Below, in pieces: positions 33,975 through 41,183 of a stretch of 41,183 nt of DNA. This DNA is from Callorhinchus milii (taxonomy: Eukaryota), in contig NW_024705478.1 of assembly GCF_018977255.1 (NCBI RefSeq), forward strand, positions 1 through 41,183. The letters run 5' to 3'. Each line of letters opens with the position of its first letter. The stretch's first letter is position 1. The translations under genes and the position numbers were made by a program. The notes under the pieces were generated by a model, which did no database searches, was not told where the DNA came from, and saw only the letters and a program-made list of their open reading frames with translations.

Positions 33975-34665
33975 GTTGGTCTCTGTGTGTAGTGGGTCTG
34001 GTCTCTGTGTGTAGTGGTTCTTGTCTCTGTGTGTGGTGGTTCTGGTCTCTATGTGTGGTGGTTCTGGTTCTGTGTGTGGTGGTTCTGGTCTCTGTGTGTG
34101 GTGGTTCTGGTCTCTGTGTGTAGTGGTTCTGGTCTCTGTGTGTGCTGGTTCTTGTCTCTGTGTGTAGTGGTTCTGGTCTCTGTGTGTGCTGGTTCTGGTC
34201 TCTGTGTGTAGTGGTTCTGGTCTCTGTGTGTGGTGTTTTGGTCTCTGTGTGTAGTGGTTCTGGTCTGTGTGTGCTGGTTCTTGTCTCTGTGTGTGGTGTT
34301 CTGGTCTCTGTGTAGTGGTTCTGGTTTCTGTGTGTAGTGGTTCTGGTCTCTGTGTGTAGTGGTTCTGGTCTCTGTGTGTCTGGTTCTGTATCTCTGTGTG
34401 TAGTGGTTCTGGTCTTGTGTGTGGTGGTTCTTGTCTCTGTGTGTGTGGTTCTGGTCTCTGTGTGTAGTGGTTCTGGTCTGGTGTGAAGTGGTTCTGTCTC
34501 TGTGTGTAGTGGTTCTGGTCTCTGTGTGTAGTGGTTCTGGTCTCTGTGTGTAGTGGTTCTGGTCTCTGTGTGTAGTGGTTCTGGTCTCTGTGTGTAGTGG
34601 TTCTGGTCTCTGTGTGTGGTGGTTCTGGTCTCTGTGTGTAGTGGTTCTGATCTCTGTGTAGTGGT
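33975..34665 (+). repeat. ~22-bp minisatellite
   Basis: (GGTTCTGGTCTCTGTGTGTAGT)n. Confidence 0.93.
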
Positions 34666-34683
34666 CCTTCAGACAATAATCAC

Positions 34684-34751
34684 CTCATCCAGTTTGATTT
34701 AGATTCATCCTGAGCATCAACATATTCACAATCCTTTTTGTTTTTGTAAAT
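34684..34751 (-). CDS. PRDM9: PRDM9-like copy A, middle PR/SET exon (68 nt, not in the ORF track)
   Basis: tttcag|IYKNKKDCEYVDAQDESKSNWMR|gtgatt, matching PRDM9 I.K....EYVD..D.S..NWMR. Confidence 0.93.
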
Positions 34752-35065
34752 CTGAAACACACACGCACACGAGCGGATCCACGGATAATTAATGTCAGTT
34801 GGACTGTAAGTTGAACTTCTTTCGTACCGCACGTAGCCAACCGTGCTGATCGGAGGTGGGGAAGGACAACAAACTAAACACTAAAAGCAGTTCTAAAGAA
34901 ATGCATTTTCAATCTACAAGATTTTAAAGTGCATAGCTCCCAGTGGCTTCCTAACATTGGAAGGAAGAACCTTCCAGACGGCCGCAGAAGTGCATCTGTA
35001 AGCGCCGCGCCATGCGGTGACCACCGTCTTTGCTGTGTGTTACAAGTTAATAATTACGTTAATTT

Positions 35066-35905
35066 TTGGGTCTCTCTGTGATTCTGGGGTCTTTGGGTGA
35101 GTCTCTAGGTCTCTGTACGAGTCTCTGGGTCTCTGTGCGAGTCTCTAGGGTATCTGTGCGACTCTGGGTCTCTGTGTGAGACTGTGGGTCTCTGTGCGAT
35201 TCTCTTGGTCTCTGTGCGAGTCTCTGGGTCTCTGTGTGAGACTGTGGATCTCTCTGTGCGATTCTCTGAGCATCTGTGTGAGTATCTGGGTCTCTCTGTG
35301 TGAGTCTCTGTGTCTCTGTGTGAGTCTGTGTGTCCACTGTGAGTCTCTGGGTCTCTGTTCAAGTCTCTAGGTCTCTGTGCAAGTCTGTGGGTCTCTCTAT
35401 TGCGAGTCTTGGGTCTCTGTGCAAAGTCTCTGGGTCTCTCTGTGCCAGTCTCTGGGTCTCTGTGTGTGAGTCTCTGGGTCTCTGTGTGAGTCTGTGTGTC
35501 CCACTGTGAGTCTCTGGGTCTCTGTTCAAGTCTCTAGGTCTCTGTGCAAGTCTGTGGGTCTCTCTATGCGAGTCTCTGGGTCTCTGTGCAAAGTCTCTGG
35601 GTCTCTCTGTGCCAGTCTCTGGGTCTCTGTGTGAGTCTGTTGTGACTGTGTGGCTATGGGTCTCTGTGCGAGTCTATGGGTCTCTGTGTGAATCTATGGG
35701 TCTCTGTGCGAGTCTATAGGTCTCTGTGCGAGTCTATGGGTCTCTGTGCGAGTCTATGGGTCTCTGTGTGAGTCTATGGGTTCTGTGCGAGTCTATGGGT
35801 CTCTGTGTGAGTCTATGGGTCTCTGTGAGTCTCTGGGTCTCTCTGTGCCAGTCTCTAGATCTCTGTGTAAGTCTGTGGGTGACTGTGTGAGGCTATGGGT
35901 TTCTC
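35066..35905 (+). repeat. ~20-22-bp minisatellite
   Basis: (GAGTCTMTGGGTCTCTGTGY)n. Confidence 0.9.
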
Positions 35906-35992
35906 TGCATCTCCTTCACGAGCCTCCTCTCCACACACACGATGATGATGTAGGAATAGGAGGAGGCTGCAGCAGTAGCAGCAGCAGCTCAC

Positions 35993-36256
35993 CAGCAGCA
36001 GTACTCGCTCACGGGGTTCTCCTCAGACACCTCTCCCTGGTAGGGCCCAAACATCACCCCTTGGGCAGCTTCTTCCTGTTGCTCCACACCCCGAGGCCGG
36101 CGCCGGCGATGGAGGAGGCGCCGACGGTGAGGCCCTGGGGCATGCTGAGCCGGGCCCTGTTGGCCACTCCCGGGGCCACGGCCGCGTCCGCGATGAACTC
36201 TGGCGGGCCGTGCACGGAGCACTCCGCCAGGTAGAAATCCCTGCACGGCTCGCAGA
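35993..36256 (-). CDS. PRDM9: PRDM9-like copy A, zinc knuckle plus N-terminal PR/SET exon
   Basis: FCEPCRDFYLAECSVHGPPEFIADAAVAPGVANRARLSMPQGLTVGASSIAGAGLGVWSNRKKLPKG/VMFGPYQGEVSEENPVSEYC, collinear with PRDM9 (CE.C..F....C..HGPP.F..D...AGLGVW....LP.G..FGPY.G). Two 1-nt losses break the frame. Confidence 0.93.
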
Positions 36257-37032
36257 CTGAGAGCCACAGCAGCAGCGGGAGGAGGGCGAACCGCAGTAGC
36301 AACAGCAGCAGCAGCAGTGGCACTGTGAGAGAGTGAGAGGGTGAGGAGCGCTCCAGACAGATGCCTCCTTTCCTCCCTCTCTGCATGGTGAACTTCTTTA
36401 GCTCAAATTTCGATTTAAAGCTTTCGTGACTGCAGGGATTCATCTTCTTGGTTCTTTTGGTAAAGTCACGTTTTCTACGTGACTTTACCGAAAGAACCAA
36501 GAAGATTATTTAGCTGCTCATCGGAGATGTAAACCCTGTCACCCTCCCTGCTCCCTCCCTGCATCCCTGAGTGAGGGAGCAAAAGACAGGGAGGTAAGTG
36601 AGAGTGCGAGAAAGGGAGCGTGTGAGAGGGAGGGAAAGGGAGAGAGAGTGAGAGGGAGCAGGTGGAATATATCGAGTGAGAGCGCGGGAGCAATAGAGAG
36701 AGATAGGAGAGAGTGTGAGAAAGTTAGAGTAAGGGGCCGTCCATAAATGACGTGTCAGACATTTGTGACGATGTGTGAGAATGTTTTCTCCTACAACATC
36801 AGACTGCAGTGCCACATTAAATATGCACTACAATGACAATAGTTTGAAACGTCACATTTGAGGGGGGTCTGACTTTTGTGATGTCGTGTGATGGGGGGGA
36901 GGGGGGTCCAAAATCGCGTGACGCCATTAATGGACGGCCCTAAGAGAGTGTGAGAAAGTGACAGTGTGAGAGAAAGTGAGAGGAGTGAGTGAGAAAGTGA
37001 GAGAGAGAGTGAGAGGGAGCAGGGGGTCTCAC

Positions 37033-37163
37033 AGAAGAAGTCGTCGTCCTGGGGCTCCTCCACCTCTGTGTAGACTTTCCTCTCGCGCGGGCGCAGGCGT
37101 AGCGAGAGCGAGCGCTGCGCGACACCGCCACAGCCTGGGCGGAGGCCGGCGGCACGGAGGAGC
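37033..37163 (-). CDS. PRDM9: PRDM9-like copy A, SSXRD exon
   Basis: LRPRERKVYTEVEEPQDDDFF matches PRDM9 SSXRD (LRERK..Y.EV.EPQDDDY). tgcag| acceptor and T|GTGAGA phase-1 donor. Confidence 0.9.
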
Positions 37164-37792
37164 CTGCAGGCAAACACGGCGAGATGTTGACTACCTTCGT
37201 GGTATACGGGAGGTCGTGGGTTCCATCCGACCCTGACGAAGCTGCTGTATATTTGGAGTCTGCGTGTCTCTCTCTCCTCCGTGGCGAGATGTTAACTCCC
37301 TCGCATGGTCTACAGGAGGTCGTGGGTTCCATCCCGACTGTATAGTTTACAACATGTTACCCTATTTGTATTTTTGTATTTTTAGATTGTATATTATGGC
37401 TAGTTTACATTTTATATTGTACACTTATTCACAATTTTACATACTTTAGCCCCTTAGTATTAGTTAGACTTTGTAATTTTAGTATAGTTTGACTGTATAC
37501 CACTCATTTCAGTTTTAAGATTCCTACATGTTGAATGTATGCACCTTCCGGCCATAGTAAATTCCTTGTCTGTGCAACTTTCATGGCGAATACCTCCCGT
37601 GGTTGCGTGGATTTTTCTCCGGGTCCTCCGTTTTTTTCCCTCGACATATAGAACCAACGTCATGCGTTGAGTATTTGGCTGCTATAAATGTCCACGTAAT
37701 GACGATGATGACAAGTCCTTCGTTGAGCTCTTATTTGTGATAGCCAGTCGCTTCTGAAAACAGCTACACAGCTCAGTGGGGCACACCCTGGT

Positions 37793-38258
37793 TGCTAATC
37801 CTGCATAATGCACGGGCATAAGTAGTACTAATCACATACCTGCATTTCCCATATCCCTCCTTTGATGCTGCTAGTCCTGCATAATGCACGGGCATAAGTA
37901 GTACTAATCACATACCTGCATTTCCCATATCCCCTCCCTTTGATGCTGCTAATCCTGCATAATGCACGGGCATGAGTAGTACTAATCACATACCTGCATT
38001 TCCCATAAATATGCTAAATGCCTCTTGATATGCATATTCTTTTGTCAAGGCGCTCTTTTCCCCCTTCCAACCCAGCTTATATATGCTCCAAGCACGTGTG
38101 CTGTATCATTCAGACGCTGTCGCCTCGACAGACCTGGTTTTCACCTGAGGACGGCTGCTTGCGTTGTGGCCGAAACGTCGTGAGAATTGTTTTGTTATGT
38201 TTTATTTTTATTATTTTATTACTTCCCTTCTACGTGACTTTACCGAAAGAACCAATAA
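37793..38258 (+). mobile_element. Penelope-like 3' region with three ~77-bp repeats and a pLTR
   Basis: GCTAATCCTGCATAATGCACGGGCATAAGTAGTACTAATCACATACCTGCATTTCCCATA three times, homologous to the 21540-21645 reverse complement, followed by the pLTR. Confidence 0.75.
38139..38186 (+). ncRNA. Minimal hammerhead ribozyme motif in PLE pLTR
   Basis: tcac-CTGAGGA-cggctgcttgcgttgtggcc-GAAACGTC-gtga. Confidence 0.72.
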
Positions 38259-38376
38259 GAAAAATAAACATCGTTTAGTTCATAGGCTGCATCAGTACCA
38301 GCAGCAGCCCTGACAGGAGCACATGTAGCAGTAGCATCAACAGCAGTGGCGACTTCCATCAGCACTACAGAAGATT

Positions 38377-38685
38377 GCGGAGTTCCGGTGAGAATAGGGG
38401 GAGCGTGGAGTTCCGGTGAGAATAGAGGGGAGTGTGGAGTTCCGGTGGGAATAGAGGGGAGTGTGGAGTTCCGGTGGGAATAGAGGGGAGTGTGGAGTTC
38501 TGGTGAGAATAGAGGGGAGTGTGGAGTTCTGGTGGGTATAGAGGGGAGTGTAGAATTCCGGTGAGAATAGAGGGGAGTGGGGTTCCGGTGAGAATAGAGG
38601 GGAGCGTGGAGTTCTGGTGAGAATAGAGGGGAGTGTGGAGTTCCGGTGAGAATAGAGGGGAGTGTGGAGTTGCGGTGGGAATAGA
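38377..38685 (+). repeat. 29-bp minisatellite, ~0.3 kb, at the equivalent intron position in copy A
   Basis: Same unit, adjacent to exon Y of copy A. Confidence 0.95.
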
Positions 38686-38708
38686 AATCACCGCTGCAGG
38701 CTACGCAC

Positions 38709-38900
38709 CTCCACGTATCCTCTGGAGCGCCACCTCAGGGCCTCCTTGCAGGCGGTGGCTCTGCGCTCCAGCCTGAACATCGCCATCCTGGCCTTGTGCA
38801 CCTCCCTCAGCTCAAATCCCCTGAACTCCTCCTCCTGCTGCTCCTCCTCCTCCACGCCCTGCAAGATGCTCCACACGTACTCCAGGGCTTCCGCTTTAGT
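38709..38900 (-). CDS. PRDM9: PRDM9-like copy A, predicted linker exon Y
   Basis: Homolog of copy B exon Y (TKAEALEYVWSILQGVEEEEQQEEEFRGFELREVHKARMAMFRLERRATACKEAL...). One in-frame codon indel and one missing G at 38733-38734. Confidence 0.55.
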
Positions 38901-39105
38901 CTGAGCGGAGGGGCGGTGGGGTGAGGGGCGGAGGGGTGTGGGGGCGGAGTTGGTGCGGTGACCAGCGGTGGCTAGGAGATGTTAACTCCCTCGCCTGGTA
39001 CGCAGGAGGTCGCGGGTTCCATCTCGACCCTGACACCTCATCGGATTCCTCCAGTACAATACATATTTTAATTCTGATATTCTGAATCTGTAAATCTGAT
39101 TCCAT

Positions 39106-39182
39106 ACATCAAGCAGAACCATGCCGTCATGCTGAACCTCGGTGGGTATGGCAGGCCATGCCTCTTCACAACTCAACTAATT
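39106..39182 (+). pseudogene. Inverted fragment of a PRDM9 KRAB exon 3' end with adjoining intron
   Basis: ATCAAGCAGAACCATGCCGTCATGCTGAACCTCG|GTGGGTATGGCAGGCC (IKQNHAVMLNLG) aligns to the reverse complement of about 24783-24860. Confidence 0.85.
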
Positions 39183-39201
39183 AATAAACTAATTATAATA
39201 A

Positions 39202-39783
39202 TGTAGTGGACACCGTGACGACAGAGACAGTTGAAGTAGAGGCAACCCATATTTATTAACTCTGAGCCCGTTACAGCTTCACACTTGAAGAGGTAACGGC
39301 CTCTTCACCCGTTCTCTCAAGGGAGCTAACTCCCCAAGCTAACTCACCGACTCCCCACCAATACTCCGACCCTCCTCTCAAGGAGACTACCTGACCTGGC
39401 CCAGCCAAGGCACAGGTCCCGACCACCAGCCACACGAATCCGGCCCTTACAAGGACATCAGCCTTCGCGGCTCTGGGGTCGCACCACTGGCTTGCTCTGC
39501 CCGGCCTTTAGAAGGACAGCGGGTCAGAGGAGTCCCAGGGTCTAGCTAGCTGGACTTCAGCTGGTTCTTCGTCCTTGGCTTGTTCGAACTAACTCTCTCC
39601 TCTCAGAGTCTCGCCTTTTATACGATTCCCCACGAGGGGCGGGGTTCTGTGGGATCACACACACCCCACAGCCCCCTCCCCTCGGGAGGGCCCCGGCTAG
39701 GGATATCACAACCGCCCCGCACAGGTAAGTAATGGGAGTTAACCGGAGCTGGTGTGCGCGCGTTCCAATACCACCACCACACA
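39202..39783 (-). mobile_element. Solo LTR (Gypsy-like)
   Basis: TG...CA termini, 4-bp TSD ATAA (39198-39201 and 39784-39787), minus-strand TATAAAA near 39620 and AATAAA near 39255. Confidence 0.7.
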
Positions 39784-40093
39784 ATAATGACGCACGTCTC
39801 TGGTATAATTATATAGAAATTACTTTTATAACACAGACCAGTGGAACATTTTTTTGTACTTTTCGTAACAGCTATTTTCATTGGAGTATATGACAGGTGA
39901 GGCTCTGCCTCGCCCGTCTCCCCTGACCGCACGTCCCTGGTATAGCAGTGTCTAGTAGTATGTATGTACGTTGAATGTCTTTGTCACCGTACGTAGCCCT
40001 CGCTAATGGGAGGTGCGGGGGAAGGACAACAAACTAAAGACAACAGCAGCAGCAGCTGTAACGAGAGGAGTGCCGTGCGCTGTGCACAGAGAC

Positions 40094-40169
40094 CTTGCGC
40101 TTGCTGGGAGCTGCCCTCGCGTGAGACTCTCCACGGTGGCCCAGCGTGAAGCAGCCCCCTTGCCTCCTC
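40094..40169 (-). CDS. PRDM9: PRDM9-like copy A, predicted linker exon X
   Basis: Homolog of copy B exon X; 76 nt because one base is missing from a G run (cc at 40131-40132). Confidence 0.5.
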
Positions 40170-40264
40170 CTGCGTGAACACACACACACGTGAACACACG
40201 CACACACGTGAACACACGCACACACGTGAACACACGTGTGAACACACGGACACGCATGAACATA

Positions 40265-40563
40265 TGCAAGGACAAAGCTCCCCCGTATAGCCTTAACAGA
40301 CTGTAGGGGCAAGTGCTGTTAGTGAGCACCTATGAAGGCCAGAACGGTACACGAGGGGGTGGGTGGCCAGCACCACGCCCGACCGTCTTTGTCTCCCCAG
40401 TGGTGATGTTTACACACCGCACCAGGTACTCAGTTGAGGCTGAGCCGACATAGGGGAGGCACAGGACCGGTTCAAATAATCGTCACTGGTGTTGACCGTG
40501 AGGGAATCGAACCCGGGTCGCCGGGTTCATAGCGCAGCGCGCTAACCGCTACACCCGCTCCCA
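40265..40563 (-). mobile_element. Near-full-length tRNA-headed Deu-like SINE
   Basis: Reverse-complement head GGGTGTAGCGGTTAGCGCGCTGCGCTATGAACCCGGCGACCCGGGTTCGATTCCC (A and B boxes) followed by the family body. Confidence 0.75.
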
Positions 40564-40889
40564 ATATGCACACGCGTTAACACACGCACACACGTGTGAA
40601 CACACGGAAATGCATTAACACCACACACACACGTGTGAACACACCCACACGCGTATTTACGCATGCAAACATTTACTCACTCACATATTTACCAAAAAGT
40701 CAATGATCTCCCCTGTGCCGCCTTAACAGACTGTGTCACAGGACAAACCAGGTGCCATGCCATGGGTTGACTGTTGTGCCAGGCTAGGTGCAGGTCACGA
40801 GACGGACCCTGCAGGTGCCATAGGTTTACTGAGATGACTGCCAGATGCCACCTGTGCCCGCGACTGTGCCAACTCGGTCCACAATTAAA

Positions 40890-41150
40890 AGATGCCCCGT
40901 GTAGCCTTCACAGACTGTTGCGGTCAGTGCTGTCAGCAAGCAGCATCTACGAAGGCCAGCACGGCACACGGGGGGATGGGCAGCTAGCACACGCCCGACC
41001 GTCTTTGTCTCCCGTTGTTGTTTACTACACACCACTGCACCGGGTACTCATTTTGACGCTGAGTCAACCTAGGGGAGGCTCAGGACCGGTTCGGATCGTC
41101 GTCACTGGTGTTGACCGTGAGCGGGCATTTAACTTGGTTCCGCTGGTGAT
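40890..41150 (-). mobile_element. Deu-like SINE copy
   Basis: Same family body as 40265-40563. Confidence 0.7.
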
Positions 41151-41183
41151 TACAACCAGCTTCATCAAGCGAGTCTACAGGGG

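Noticed and set aside
33861..34676. 271-aa ORF rich in HTETRTTT/QRPEP
   Set aside because: Translation of a 22-bp intronic minisatellite.

Overview
Eukaryotic, repeat-dense vertebrate DNA. It is most likely lamprey, an inference from the GC-rich exons, V-/Deu-type SINEs, hammerhead-bearing Penelope repeats and a fish-type Tc1. The main content is two head-to-tail PRDM9-like genes on the minus strand. Copy A (about 32.0 kb to beyond the right edge) supplies linker exons, SSXRD, three PR/SET exons and a minisatellite-like C2H2 zinc-finger exon; its apparent frameshifts are nearly all single-base losses in G/C runs. Copy B (about 26 kb to beyond the left edge) supplies the ancestral-KRAB exon and the DSDEEWT exon. 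These are followed by at least five tandem 3.5-4.5 kb units, each holding two predicted linker exons (77+196 nt = 91 codons, frame-preserving), an inactivated Tc1 transposon and a variable-length 29-bp minisatellite. Introns and intergenic DNA hold Penelope-like fragments with minimal hammerhead ribozymes, Helentron-like (HINE) tandem repeats carrying a tRNA-derived segment, SINEs, a solo LTR, RTE/hAT remnants and several minisatellites. Exon boundaries were read by eye and comparisons with human PRDM9 are from recalled sequence; alignment and RNA-seq are needed to confirm them.
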